64,000 nucleotides of DNA from Cyanobacteria bacterium P01_A01_bin.123 (GTDB taxonomy: Bacteria > Cyanobacteriota > Cyanobacteriia > Phormidesmidales > Phormidesmidaceae): positions 64,001-128,000 of the forward strand of contig JBCBZT010000009.1 of assembly GCA_039815185.1 (NCBI GenBank). The letters run 5' to 3'. Both the position numbers and the translations under genes were made by a program. Each line of letters begins with the position of its first letter. Positions within the stretch are counted from its first letter, which is position 1. Shown here piece after piece: positions 30,200-40,137 of this stretch. The notes beneath the pieces were generated by a model, which was not told the origin of the DNA, ran no database searches, and saw only the letters and a list, made by a program, of their open reading frames with translations.

Positions 30200-30242
30200 T
30201 GTCAGACATATTTCGTCCAATTTGAACGAAATATGCCTGACA
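30200..30242. terminator. Long hairpin between convergent genes
   Basis: TGTCAGACATATTTCGTCCAA-T-TTGAACGAAATATGCCTGACA. Confidence 0.5.
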
Positions 30243-30319
30243 CGATAATCTCGAATGTATGACAACTGCGCATTGAGTTGCCGTAGAACCTACATTTGTA
30301 GATTGAGTCGAGTCAGAGA

Positions 30320-31819
30320 TTACAAAGCGTGCACCTTCTGCTGTACTTCCGCAAACGCTTGTTCAGGACTCAAGGGTTTGTAAGTCAGATTCGACACCAC
30401 AATAAATACCACCAGGCCAATCACTGGACTAATCATTGTGGGGAGCCCATCAAACGCAGCGGTAAAGAGCGAATTGGGAATATACAGCAGTGTGTTGTCC
30501 ACCCCAAACATTGTCGGCATCAGCACAAATAAAGAAAGTCGAGTCAGTGACCCAATAATGATGCAAGCTAAAGCACCCTGCCAAGTCGCACGACGCCAAA
30601 ATAAACCCCCTGTTAAGGGCACCACTAGCCCCGCAAATCCGAGATCAAAAGCTAACAATAACAGCACCCCCGTCTGCGGTACCCGAATGGCAAAAAATAC
30701 CCCCAGCAAGGTGATAAACACCGCCATGAGTCGGGTAATCAGCAGCAGTCTATCCCCACCAGCGCCATGGGCATTACTATGTCGAATGCCTAAGACGTTA
30801 TGGGCAATGACGGATGAGGTTCCTAAAATTGCCCCATCAGCCGTGGACAACGAAGCTGACATAATCGCCGCAATCACGATCAAACTCAAAACAGGGGGCA
30901 CCACATTTTGCAGCAATGCAAAGAGCACTGGCCCATCAGCAGTTACCCCCACCTGTTCTAGGATGCGGTTGGCAGATAGGGCAATGACAGAAAAAGGAAT
31001 CCCAATGATCAATGTGCCAGCAAAGCCGATAAAGCAGGCTCTTTGAGCCGTTTCTGGACTTTCAGCTGCAAACACTCGGGCCATAAAATCAATGGCAACA
31101 ATGTCGCCTAACCCCAGTGCTAGGATGGTGGCCCAGTTAATCGTGGCTCCAGCATCTGCAACGGTGAGCTGCTCAAAGTCAAAGGGACCCATGCCCGCAG
31201 GCACCGTCAAGCCAAAGGTTGTGCCGATAAAGCCAATCAGCAACAAAGACCCCACTAAGGCAATCAAGACCTGAATCGCATCAGTGTAGGCCACGGCAAA
31301 CAATCCCCCAGAAACCGTGTAAACAAACACCAAGGAAGCAATCAGCGTTATTCCCCCGATATACCCAATGCCCAGGAAGGCTTCAAACAAATATCCCCCC
31401 GCGACTAAGTTTCCTGCAAGTAAAAATGAAAAGCTCAACACCATAATTACGGCAGCGACGAACTCTGTCGTGCGGCCATATTTGACTCGGTAAAAATCAG
31501 GCAGGGTAATTAAGCCCATTCGATTCAAAGGCTTAGCGTAGAACAGCCCCGTGAGCAGTAGACAAAGGGCGAGTCCAATGGGTAATGATGCGCCAGCCCA
31601 AAAGCCAAACGCTGCTGACAAATCGGTGTTACCTAACGTCGCGTTAGAATCCACTGACTGAGCCATCAATGTCGCCGCCGCCAGGGGTAAGGTCAGGCCC
31701 CGACCCGCTACCAAAAAATTAACGCTATCGCCTTTAATTTGCTGAGATGCCCAGACACCAACACCTAACGTGCCTAAGAGGAATACGATAATTCCCCAGG
31801 AATAAATCGTGTTTTCCAT
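30320..31819 (-). CDS. Sodium:solute symporter (SSS) family protein
   Basis: FLVAGR, TLPDFY, YTVSGGLFAVAYTD, SASLSTAD; about 13 TM segments. Confidence 0.9.
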   Translation of the reverse strand: MENTIYSWGIIVFLLGTLGVGVWASQQIKGDSVNFLVAGRGLTLPLAAATLMAQSVDSNATLGNTDLSAAFGFWAGASLPIGLALCLLLTGLFYAKPLNRMGLITLPDFYRVKYGRTTEFVAAVIMVLSFSFLLAGNLVAGGYLFEAFLGIGYIGGITLIASLVFVYTVSGGLFAVAYTDAIQVLIALVGSLLLIGFIGTTFGLTVPAGMGPFDFEQLTVADAGATINWATILALGLGDIVAIDFMARVFAAESPETAQRACFIGFAGTLIIGIPFSVIALSANRILEQVGVTADGPVLFALLQNVVPPVLSLIVIAAIMSASLSTADGAILGTSSVIAHNVLGIRHSNAHGAGGDRLLLITRLMAVFITLLGVFFAIRVPQTGVLLLLAFDLGFAGLVVPLTGGLFWRRATWQGALACIIIGSLTRLSLFVLMPTMFGVDNTLLYIPNSLFTAAFDGLPTMISPVIGLVVFIVVSNLTYKPLSPEQAFAEVQQKVHAL

Positions 31820-31867
31820 GTCCTATTCTCCTAAGTTATGAGCTGTAACCTCTAAATAGGTAGCAAC

Positions 31868-31927
31868 AACAAAGCCCGAGAGAAATTGGCGATCTCTTAA
31901 CAAGATCAACCAATATCTCCCGGGCTT
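31868..31927 (-). terminator. Riboswitch expression-platform terminator
   Basis: Minus strand GCCCGGGAGA...TCTCTCGGGC followed by TTTGTTGTT; the 5' arm overlaps the aptamer 3' end. Confidence 0.75.
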
Positions 31928-32033
31928 TTATCCCTCCGTGAACCAAGGTAAATCGCACTTAATGCATTTACCCTAGCTGTATCTCTTGGACCAGACACTC
32001 AACCGATAAGTTGAGTCGGAACCCTAGATACAA
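31916..32033 (-). ncRNA. Guanidine-I riboswitch (ykkC-yxkD motif)
   Basis: Minus strand CTAGGGTTCCG...CTGGTCCAAGAG...CACGGAGGGATAAAAGCCCGGGAG matches the ykkC subtype-1 signature. Confidence 0.92.
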
Positions 32034-32162
32034 TGTCTATAAATCGTTATTTGCAACCGCCATTTAGCAGTGAAGAAAAGATGCAGTCAAAAACGGATTA
32101 AGTTCTCGCAAGCTGCATCAATTAGTTACTCGTATTGTTATCAATAGTCCTCAGACTAATAA

Positions 32163-32176
32163 GTATTGGCTGATAC
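32163..32176. promoter_or_regulatory. NtcA consensus site
   Basis: GTA-TTGGCTGA-TAC (GTA-N8-TAC), about 130 bp upstream of the riboswitch. Confidence 0.5.
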
Positions 32177-32217
32177 GGTTATGTCTTTTAAATGTCAACA
32201 TTTCATAGTCTTTTGTC

Positions 32218-32745
32218 TTAGCAAATGAATGAACGAAGCCCCGTAGAATTCGTATAGTCTCTGGACATGATTAAAAACTGATCTTGACTGCCACGTTTCA
32301 TAAACGTCCCTACGGGCTCAAATCCTAGCTTTTGCCAGACTCGCTGTGCCCGCTGATTAAAGGCTGCGATGGTTACTCGTAGGATTGACGCACCATAGCA
32401 GGCTCTACCGTATTGCACTACTGCTTGGGCGTACTGCACACCACGCTTTTGCCCCGTTAAATCAGGTCGAATTCCCATGCCGATGTCTAAAGCGCCAGGA
32501 GGATAGCTGCCACCGGGGACTTGGCCATCCGTACCAAAGGAACAATACCCCTCTAACTCTCCATCAGGATTCAAAATGGCATAGAAAGCGTTTCTAGGGT
32601 TGAGCAAATAGGTGAGATCGTCTTCTATGGTTGTGGGACTAAAGTTATACCCCTCATAGGGTGGATCATAGTGCCAGGTGAATAAGGCCAGTGCATGGTT
32701 TTTATCAAGCGGTAGAAACTTCAAGTCCATAGCAACCGCTGCCAT
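32218..32745 (-). CDS. GNAT family N-acetyltransferase
   Basis: DIGMGIRPDLTGQKRG, AAFNQRAQRVWQKLGF. Confidence 0.85.
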   Translation of the reverse strand: MAAVAMDLKFLPLDKNHALALFTWHYDPPYEGYNFSPTTIEDDLTYLLNPRNAFYAILNPDGELEGYCSFGTDGQVPGGSYPPGALDIGMGIRPDLTGQKRGVQYAQAVVQYGRACYGASILRVTIAAFNQRAQRVWQKLGFEPVGTFMKRGSQDQFLIMSRDYTNSTGLRSFIC

Positions 32746-32755
32746 TGTAGGCGTC

Positions 32756-32989
32756 TTAAGATTGTTGCTGAAACTGCTGACTCAAAAATTGTCGGAACAC
32801 CTTTTCAGCTTCGATTTCATCCTGTTGAGCCTGCTCTAAAAACTGATACAAATATGCTTTTTCAACCCAGGGGAACGTAGGACTGCGATCGCAGTCTTGA
32901 TAAACACCCCCGTGCAACTGATAAATTCGCCATTCGCGCCCGTTGTATCGCCAGAATTCTGGTACCCCCATCGCTGCATAGAGTCGATT
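32756..32989 (-). pseudogene. 3' remnant of a Uma2-family endonuclease gene
   Basis: NRLYAAMGVPEFWRYNG...SPTFP; the N-terminal part is absent. Confidence 0.75.
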
Positions 32990-32991
32990 GA

Positions 32992-33774
32992 CTAGATATA
33001 TCGGGTTAGCTCAATTCGGTAGCGCTGTTTTTTAGTGGTGGCCACGTCGCCAATTTCCAGACGCCCCTTGCTCCGAATAGCCACTAAATCTCCCGGATTC
33101 ACTTGATAACTCGACTGGGTGACTTCCTTCCAGTTAACACGGACATCGCCACCGTTAATCAAATCGGCCATTTTGCTACGGGACATGCCAAACCCGGCGG
33201 AGGCTACCGCATCTAACCTGAGGGAGGCCTCCACTGTGGTCATTTGTTTTTTGCGCGGTTCTCGCACCCTCAGTTGGGCAAAGTCAATCGCTTGGGTTTT
33301 GACCGGCACCGATCGCACCTGGGTCAGATTCATTGCTAGAAACTCCACCAGTTCAGGCACCACAATCGCTTGGGCACCGCGTTCTCCCAGCACTAGAATA
33401 TCGCCTACCTTGTCACGCACGATGCCTGTACCCAGCAGTGACCCTAAAAAGTCACGGTGGGTGGCCGGGTCAAACAAAAAATTACCGGCAATGCTCAACA
33501 ACGCCACATCAATTTGATCGGGAGCAAGGGGAAGCTCTGTCCGAGCGATCGCCAGGCGTTGTCTTTCAGCTTGGGGGTAGCCGCCTTGAGCCACAACGTG
33601 AATGTCAGTTAACCGCTGAAAACTGCTTTGGGCTTCTGCTAACTCTGGTGGTGAGAGAAAATCGCTAACCACCACTTCCCAAGTGCGCACAGCCTGATCA
33701 GCCTGATCAATCAGGCGAGTCAGCGTTTCGCAATTTTCAGCACCCTTAAGTAAATCCTCTTTCGGAAGCAGCAT
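32992..33774 (-). CDS. Photosystem II S4 domain protein (YlmH/Sll1252 family)
   Basis: DFLSPPE, GGYPQAERQR, HRDFLGSLLG, EASLRLDAVASAGFGMSRSK. Confidence 0.9.
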   Translation of the reverse strand: MLLPKEDLLKGAENCETLTRLIDQADQAVRTWEVVVSDFLSPPELAEAQSSFQRLTDIHVVAQGGYPQAERQRLAIARTELPLAPDQIDVALLSIAGNFLFDPATHRDFLGSLLGTGIVRDKVGDILVLGERGAQAIVVPELVEFLAMNLTQVRSVPVKTQAIDFAQLRVREPRKKQMTTVEASLRLDAVASAGFGMSRSKMADLINGGDVRVNWKEVTQSSYQVNPGDLVAIRSKGRLEIGDVATTKKQRYRIELTRYI

Positions 33775-33797
33775 AGCCTTCAAACGACAAAACAGCG

Positions 33798-33821
33798 TTG
33801 GCGAAGCGTCTCCAAAGGAGA
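33798..33821 (+). mobile_element. 24-bp small dispersed repeat inserted in a HIP1 site (SDR5-like)
   Basis: GCG[TTGGCGAAGCGTCTCCAAAGGAGA]ATCGC; removing the insert restores GCGATCGC. Confidence 0.65.
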
Positions 33822-34012
33822 ATCGCCTTTAATCCGCGATTAACGTGTTTCACCATCTTATCTTTTTGGCACAGATTGCTTCTTAGCCCCTGAGACGGCA
33901 CTCAAGTCAGTCAGTCCTGGAATCTCTAATGGTAACTATGTGATCAATAACACTTTGAATCTGTTAGCCCTAACTCAATTGCCATGAACACAGATAGCTG
34001 CTTTAGAAACTG

Positions 34013-34813
34013 CTATTGAGATGTCATCAACAGATCTTGCCTGATGTATCTGATGTAAGACGAACGCGCTAAAAAACGAACAACCTCGTCATAATTAGAC
34101 ACTGAATCTGACAGCTGCCTCGGAGAAACTTTGCGGAATTGGCAAGTGACTCGACCGCGACTGATATTTAGAAAATCACAAATCTTATCAACTGTCCGTT
34201 GCTGACGCCTTTCATTAGCCATATCAGCTTCATAGGTCAACGCTAGGTGAGGGATATCACTCAACACTAGCCGCTCATATTGATTGAGCGCCTGGCTGTC
34301 TTGCATCAGCTTAAGTAGCTCATTCGTATCGATCCGAACCTTTTCGGGTTTATTCTGGCCTAATGGCAAATCGCTTACTTTTTGATGAAATCCATACTGC
34401 TTTGCGCGGATAATCGAAATAGCGTGTTGAACTAAATTATCCCTTTTGAGATAAATAATCTTGAATCCATCCTCATAGAGATCTCGTAAGAAAACCGATC
34501 CGTAGGGAATGGGTTGAATCTTTCTAATTTGGTAACTTAATATCTTGCAGCCATACACCGCCGCCGCTGATCTTTGGCACTTTGCCAAAATTTGGAAGTA
34601 GGGAAAGATGAGCGATTCCTTTAAAACCTCGCCATCACAGTGGACATTAGGTAAGGCATTCAATAAGCTGACAAGCGCTGTACTGCCCGATCTGCCGCGT
34701 CCAAAAATAACGAAACGATTTGGATCTGATACTTTTTGGCTCAACCCATACTGTGCAACTTCAAACAAATGCTGACTTTGGCGTTTAGCACTGCCTAAAA
34801 ACTGACGAATCAT
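34013..34813 (-). CDS. Sulfotransferase family protein (Stf0-like)
   Basis: PAPS-binding loop GRGRSGSTAL, KIIYLKRDNL..AIS, LTYEAD. Start uncertain (34813 or 34882). Confidence 0.75.
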   Translation of the reverse strand: MIRQFLGSAKRQSQHLFEVAQYGLSQKVSDPNRFVIFGRGRSGSTALVSLLNALPNVHCDGEVLKESLIFPYFQILAKCQRSAAAVYGCKILSYQIRKIQPIPYGSVFLRDLYEDGFKIIYLKRDNLVQHAISIIRAKQYGFHQKVSDLPLGQNKPEKVRIDTNELLKLMQDSQALNQYERLVLSDIPHLALTYEADMANERRQQRTVDKICDFLNISRGRVTCQFRKVSPRQLSDSVSNYDEVVRFLARSSYIRYIRQDLLMTSQ

Positions 34814-35193
34814 AGGTTTGTGACGATTGATAGGACATGTCCTCGAATCTCTCGCACCCTGATTATCAGCATAAACACTCATTCAGGCATCGTCCAGCAA
34901 ATAAGCATGTAAAAACAAGTGCTTTGGCCCTTGACATTGGGACTTTTCATTAAAGTGAAAATAAATTTCTAAGTATTCTGCTTCAATCTGCTAGAGCCTG
35001 ATTGAGAGAGAGGTCAGCTGCCAACGGCCTCGAAGCTTTGGCATAACTGGCTTGACTGAGCGTTCCCATAAACGTAACGCTATGGATTGACTGAGTTCTA
35101 TGGGGACAAAAAAATCCTCAAAATCTCTGAACAATCAGGATTCTGAGGAGAATAATAAGTATTTTTGCTGAAATGAGTCAGCTAAGGGTTGCG

Positions 35194-35796
35194 TTAGCAA
35201 GCTTCACAGTCGAGGGCTTGGTTGCGTTTGGCGTAGATGCTCTTAAGGTGTTTTTTAACCGTATTGATTGAAATAAACAACTGGTCGGCAATTTCCTCGT
35301 AGTTGTATTTGGCCCGGCGTAGCAACCAAACCTCAGTTTCACGCTGGGTGAGTTGATAGCGCTGGGCCTCTGCGAGCGCCGCAGTTTTGGCAGACTGGTT
35401 GCGATCCTCTAGGGTGACTAGCAAGCAGGGGTGATCGACCGCGTCAATATCAATCCACTGAACTCGGATGCGGATTAGGGTAGACCCGATGCCCCGAATT
35501 TCGTCTTCAATCACGAAGATTTGGTTGGGAAATAGCGAGCGGCTTTCTATCAGGGACTCACAAATTCGCCAGATAGCCGGAGGCAGGATGGGTAGATCGC
35601 CCTGGGTCGAGATCAACTGGCGACAGAGTTGCACAGCACAGCAGTTGGCATGCAGCAATTCGCCTCCGGGAGAGATCATCAGAATCCCATCAGAGAGGGC
35701 TTCAAGCATTGCACTCAGCAAATTAGCCGAATGCTGAGCAGCTTGCTGGGTCAGCTGAATCTTGGGTTGACGTGGCAAAGTGGCGGTTTTGGTCAT
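35194..35796 (-). CDS. LuxR-type HTH regulator with PAS-like N-terminus
   Basis: LTQRETEV...YEEIADQLFISINTVKKHLKSI. Confidence 0.85.
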   Translation of the reverse strand: MTKTATLPRQPKIQLTQQAAQHSANLLSAMLEALSDGILMISPGGELLHANCCAVQLCRQLISTQGDLPILPPAIWRICESLIESRSLFPNQIFVIEDEIRGIGSTLIRIRVQWIDIDAVDHPCLLVTLEDRNQSAKTAALAEAQRYQLTQRETEVWLLRRAKYNYEEIADQLFISINTVKKHLKSIYAKRNQALDCEAC

Positions 35797-36147
35797 AGCT
35801 TGGGGCTCAGCTTTTAAACATCGCGACCGTTTGCGGTCTTGGGTTATAGCATCAAATTCCTCCGGGTGAGCTTCGTAAAGCTTGTGCCAGAAATGGAACT
35901 GACCTTAATAGTAGATTCACAAAGAATTTGACAATTTCAGAGATGCTATGAAGACTCACCTCTAAAATCTGGGTCTCAAGGGCTGAAACCAAGGATTTAT
36001 CAATTGTTTTGAGTTTGTAAAGAAAATGCTGCGGATGGCGATCGCGATCACATGCTTTTTTTTCCGTTAGTGGATAGTTGTGCACTTTTTTGATAGTCCG
36101 GGTGCGGATTTCCCTACCCTCCAAATGAGAACTGGATGTGAGTGAAT

Positions 36148-37626
36148 TCAAAATTCAGACTGTTCCTTATGCTTAACTTCTTCTAATGCCTGGCTGCTGA
36201 TTCCTGACGCCTGACTGCCGTCTTTCCGATTCAAGATTGGTTGAACCACCGCGTAAGTTAGCAAACTAGCGGCCATCCCTGGCAAGACCTCATACAGATC
36301 ATCAGACCAGTGCAGGCCCATGCGCCAAAACAGCGCTGTAGCGACGCCAATGATCATCATGGCCAGGGCCGTCGTCGTCCTTAGCGATCGCCCCAAAACC
36401 CGGACTAGCAATAGCGACCCCAAACTCGCCGCGAGCGCCGCCCAAGCAAAGGTCACCAGCACAAACACATCACTGGGGCTGACTAAAGCCAACCCCAGAA
36501 TCACCACAACCATCACGACTGTGCCAACCTTGGCCCATAAGTAGGATTTGGCCGCGCTGGGAAATAAATCTTGGGTCAGCGCTGCAGAACAAGCCAAAAG
36601 CTGACCTTCCGCTGTGGAAATGGTGGCCGAAAATAGCCCCACTAACACTAGCCCCACAAGCCCCATCGGCAAAACAGCTTCGGCCAAGACGGGCAAAGCA
36701 AGTTCTGTGTCTCCGGTGGCTAATTCTGGGAGTAGAATGCGGGCTCCTAAACCCACGATAGTTGCCGTTAAAGACAATACGGCGTTGAGTGCCAGATAGA
36801 GATTGCGAGCTTTGTCGACCTGCTCAACGCTGTCGATAGCCATCATCCGAATCATGATGTGGGGCTGGCCGACTACGCCAAAGCCCGACACCATCCAGGC
36901 CAAAATAAAAGGGACAGCACCAAACTTAAGCCCTGTAGGCACTAGGCTGGTTAAGTTAGGGTCGATTGTATTGAGTGTCCTCCAAAAGTCTGAGATGTTG
37001 CCGACATTGGCGATCGCGACCCCAGCCAACAGCACCATAGAACCAATCATTAATATTGACTGGATTGACCCCACCCAAATTGAGGCGCGAATGCCGCCGG
37101 AGATGGCATAAATGGCTACAATCGCCGCCCCCAGGCCAATCCCGATAGAAATATCCCAACCGAAGAGGACGCTAAGGGCTTTGCTACCCGCTTGCAGTTG
37201 GGCCGCAGCGTAAACCCCTAAAAAGCAAAGGGTGAAGAGAGCCGCGATCGCCGTAATCCAGCGTCCCCCGTCAATCCCGTGGCCCAAGAATGCGGCAAAC
37301 GTTTCAGAATTGGTGGCTTCAGAATCCCGCCTGAGTCGTTTGTGTACCACCAGCCAAGCCAGCGTATCTCCCAGTACATAACCAATGGACAACCAAATCG
37401 CTGCTAAGCCAATGGTGTAAGTAAACCCAATCAGGCCAATGAACATGAACCCGCTGTTGCCCGTCGCTACCGCAGACAAAGCTGCCAACCATGGATTCAC
37501 CCCCCGCCCTGCTAGCAAATAGTCTTCGGTGGTGTCTTGTTTTTGGAATCCGGCGTAAATGCCGACGCCGATAAACAACACGATAAAGCTGGAGAAAATC
37601 CACAAAACAGGCGAACGGTCTAGCAT
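36148..37626 (-). CDS. Sodium/proline symporter (PutP-like)
   Basis: EDYLLAGR, ALSAVATGNSGFMFIGL, GQPHIMIR. Confidence 0.82.
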   Translation of the reverse strand: MLDRSPVLWIFSSFIVLFIGVGIYAGFQKQDTTEDYLLAGRGVNPWLAALSAVATGNSGFMFIGLIGFTYTIGLAAIWLSIGYVLGDTLAWLVVHKRLRRDSEATNSETFAAFLGHGIDGGRWITAIAALFTLCFLGVYAAAQLQAGSKALSVLFGWDISIGIGLGAAIVAIYAISGGIRASIWVGSIQSILMIGSMVLLAGVAIANVGNISDFWRTLNTIDPNLTSLVPTGLKFGAVPFILAWMVSGFGVVGQPHIMIRMMAIDSVEQVDKARNLYLALNAVLSLTATIVGLGARILLPELATGDTELALPVLAEAVLPMGLVGLVLVGLFSATISTAEGQLLACSAALTQDLFPSAAKSYLWAKVGTVVMVVVILGLALVSPSDVFVLVTFAWAALAASLGSLLLVRVLGRSLRTTTALAMMIIGVATALFWRMGLHWSDDLYEVLPGMAASLLTYAVVQPILNRKDGSQASGISSQALEEVKHKEQSEF

Positions 37627-37689
37627 TGAGAGTAAAGGCGATAACTTAACACAGTGTAACGAAATCCCCCCTGCTCCCCCGCTCCCCCA

Positions 37690-38619
37690 TCACCCCATCT
37701 TCCCAATAATCCCCACCACTATCTGCACCCCAATCAACCCAATCAACACCCCCACCGCTAAAAGCGCCAACGGTCGAGCCATGCCTTCTAATTGACGTAG
37801 GCTGCGTTCCAGTTCACCGTCGTAGTGTTCTCCCAGTTTGTCGAGTAAGGTGTCGAGCTGGCCCGTTTCTTCTCCCGTGCGAATCATCTGAACTGCCGTC
37901 GGGGGCAGGGTGCCTTGCAAACAGTCACTCAGGGATTCGCCCCGATCGACTTGCCGAATGGATTGGCTAATTACTCGGGCTAACTGCGGATCGGCTAAAC
38001 GAGGCACCACCAGGGCCAAAGCTTGGGGCATGGGTAACCCGCAGCGAATGGGGATAGCTAATTCGGCCAATTGAGTCAGCGATCGCGCTTCGATCACAGT
38101 CTGAAAGACTGGAATTTGGCGCAGCCAGGTATGGCCGCGATCGCCCAAATTGATTTGCAACGGCACCTGGGTTTGAAACAATAGGGCGATCGCCAACGCC
38201 CCCGCCAATCCCCACACGACGGAGCTATTCAATGCCGCTAAACCGCCAATCAACCAAGCCCCCAGCACAATCACAACCACGCCCCCGATTACCCCAAACG
38301 ACACCAGCACAGAGCCATACAGTCTGGCCCGACGGCGATAAACTTCGCATTGATGCCCCAACCTTTGACTCACTTCGATCAAAGCGCCGCTGGTTTCCCC
38401 CAGGTTCAATAACCCCAATTCCCACGGCGTAAATACGCTTTGGCCAGACTTCAGCGCGATCGCCAGCGATGCGCCCCGATCAATCCGCTGGCTGGCTTGT
38501 CGCAGGTAGCGTTGGATGGGTGCTGGAGACTTTTCTGACGCCATCGCCAAACTTTTGGCAACAGAAAACCCCGCTTTGAGCAGCGCCGCAAACTGATGAA
38601 AGAATAGGGCCTTATTCAT
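37690..38619 (-). CDS. Type II secretion system F / PilC-like protein
   Basis: Two T2SSF repeats: FFHQFAALLKAG..GETSG and MIRTGEETGQLD. Confidence 0.85.
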   Translation of the reverse strand: MNKALFFHQFAALLKAGFSVAKSLAMASEKSPAPIQRYLRQASQRIDRGASLAIALKSGQSVFTPWELGLLNLGETSGALIEVSQRLGHQCEVYRRRARLYGSVLVSFGVIGGVVVIVLGAWLIGGLAALNSSVVWGLAGALAIALLFQTQVPLQINLGDRGHTWLRQIPVFQTVIEARSLTQLAELAIPIRCGLPMPQALALVVPRLADPQLARVISQSIRQVDRGESLSDCLQGTLPPTAVQMIRTGEETGQLDTLLDKLGEHYDGELERSLRQLEGMARPLALLAVGVLIGLIGVQIVVGIIGKMG

Positions 38620-38718
38620 AGACACAATGCTGCTACTTGAGGCTTGCGGTTCACGATAGGCAATCGCGTCTGGTTAAAATCACGATAAGCTTAACGGGAC
38701 AACCGTTAGGTTAATTTG

Positions 38719-39153
38719 ATGGGATTCAAAGCGATCGCAACCCTTGTGGTTGCCTGCGTGTTTTGGCTAGTTAGCACTGTGGCGACGCCGCCAGCCTCGG
38801 CACTGACCCCGATTGAACTGACTGACCTGGACTACAAAAATTGTCCTGAAGAGCTGAGTGAAGGCATTGTGGTCAGTGGTTCAAGCCAAGAAGCTAACTG
38901 CTTCATGGTTTACGGCAAAGCAATCAACCGTTCGGGTAAGCCCGTTTATGACGCTGACATCTTTGGTCGCATATACGATGCCAACGCTAACCCGGTGATG
39001 CAAAACCGCAATCGCCTGGGGGGTATCCCTGAAGTGCCACCCGGTGAGAGCGACTTTGAGTTCCGAATTTCAGTTCCGTCTAATCAACCCACTCCGCTTC
39101 AGCTCAAGCGCTTCAAGGCTTCTGGCTTTGCTGGCGCAGTGCGGCGCTTCTAA
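38719..39153 (+). CDS. Conserved exported cyanobacterial protein
   Basis: Signal peptide; YDADIFGRIYDAN, QLKRFKASGF. Confidence 0.65.
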   Translation: MGFKAIATLVVACVFWLVSTVATPPASALTPIELTDLDYKNCPEELSEGIVVSGSSQEANCFMVYGKAINRSGKPVYDADIFGRIYDANANPVMQNRNRLGGIPEVPPGESDFEFRISVPSNQPTPLQLKRFKASGFAGAVRRF

Positions 39154-39185
39154 ATCAATTACGACGTGGGTAAAAATTTGATCAC

Positions 39186-39224
39186 TCAAAAGAGGGATAC
39201 TGCTAAATCAGCATCCCTCTTTGA
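39186..39224. terminator. Bidirectional terminator
   Basis: AAAGAGGGATACTG...CAGCATCCCTCTTT between convergent genes. Confidence 0.65.
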
Positions 39225-39262
39225 TTATTTGAGCCTCAGTAACCTACCTAGCGCACCGTGAC

Positions 39263-39544
39263 TTAGTAGACCATAGCGGCCATACCGCTAACAGCTCTGG
39301 ATAAAAACTGGAGCAAAAAGATCGCCAAGATGGGGGAGAAATCAATGCCCCCCAGGGGAGGAATAATTGAACGGAACACGTTGAGGTAGGGGTCAGTCAG
39401 CTGGCTAAGGATCGAGAAAGGCGGGCTAAACCAGTCAACATTGGGAAACCAGCTCAGCAAAATCCGAATAATCAGCAGCACAAAGTAGATCTGAAAGAAG
39501 GTTGCCAGCGTGTCTGCTAAGAGGCTAACTAGAGAAGTGCTCAT
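39263..39544 (-). CDS. YggT/YlmG family membrane protein
   Basis: RILLSWFP, TDPYL..FR.IIPPLGGIDFSPI. Confidence 0.9.
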   Translation of the reverse strand: MSTSLVSLLADTLATFFQIYFVLLIIRILLSWFPNVDWFSPPFSILSQLTDPYLNVFRSIIPPLGGIDFSPILAIFLLQFLSRAVSGMAAMVY

Positions 39545-39639
39545 GGATAGTTGAAGTCCTATCGGGTATGTTTTAGCTAGATTTAGTGTAACCGATACCA
39601 GGAATTCCTTTGGTAGGTCAAGGGGAACGGTTACACCTG

Positions 39640-40062
39640 TTATGAAGCTTGACGAAAGTTAGCCGTTTGGGGGACTAACCATCGCTGGGAAGCTTGCCAA
39701 AGATCGAAGACTAACATCTCAATCTCTTTAGGTAACTCGATGATCAGAATGCCTTCATTCTGGTGTGCTTCGGTGTGGCAACACTCGGCCCCAATCCAGT
39801 GACCGCGAACACACACTTCAGTAAACTCTGAATCGCCAATGGCTAAACTGAGCGTTTCTTGGCCGAGTCGAGCTGCGATCGTCTCTAAAACCGTCATCTG
39901 AGGCAACGCCGTCGAAACCAAAAATGACGCGGTGCTGGTTTGTACCGTAATTCGCTGTCCAGTGCGCAAGCTGAGCACCACTCGCTGGGTGATCAGGTCT
40001 TCCACACTCTGGTTGAGCCGTTCCATTTGAATTGCCGTTTCGGTGTAAGTGATTTTCAACAT
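39640..40062 (-). CDS. alr0857-like family protein
   Basis: MLKITYTE..MERL..SVEDL..RVVLSLR.G...STASFL...GHW...EG pattern, recognised from memory. Confidence 0.65.
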   Translation of the reverse strand: MLKITYTETAIQMERLNQSVEDLITQRVVLSLRTGQRITVQTSTASFLVSTALPQMTVLETIAARLGQETLSLAIGDSEFTEVCVRGHWIGAECCHTEAHQNEGILIIELPKEIEMLVFDLWQASQRWLVPQTANFRQAS

Positions 40063-40137
40063 GGCGCTGAAGAGAGAAAAAGCCAAAAAAGGTTGCAAAA
40101 TCCGGCGGTGGTTCACAAATGCACAATGAACCCACTC

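Noticed and set aside
35852..36151. 99-aa ORF
   Set aside because: No recognisable motifs; probably the upstream region of the LuxR gene.
39586..39636. GTGTAACCG...CGGTTACAC inverted repeat as a mobile element
   Set aside because: Single short copy with no target duplication; it may be an ordinary 3' hairpin.
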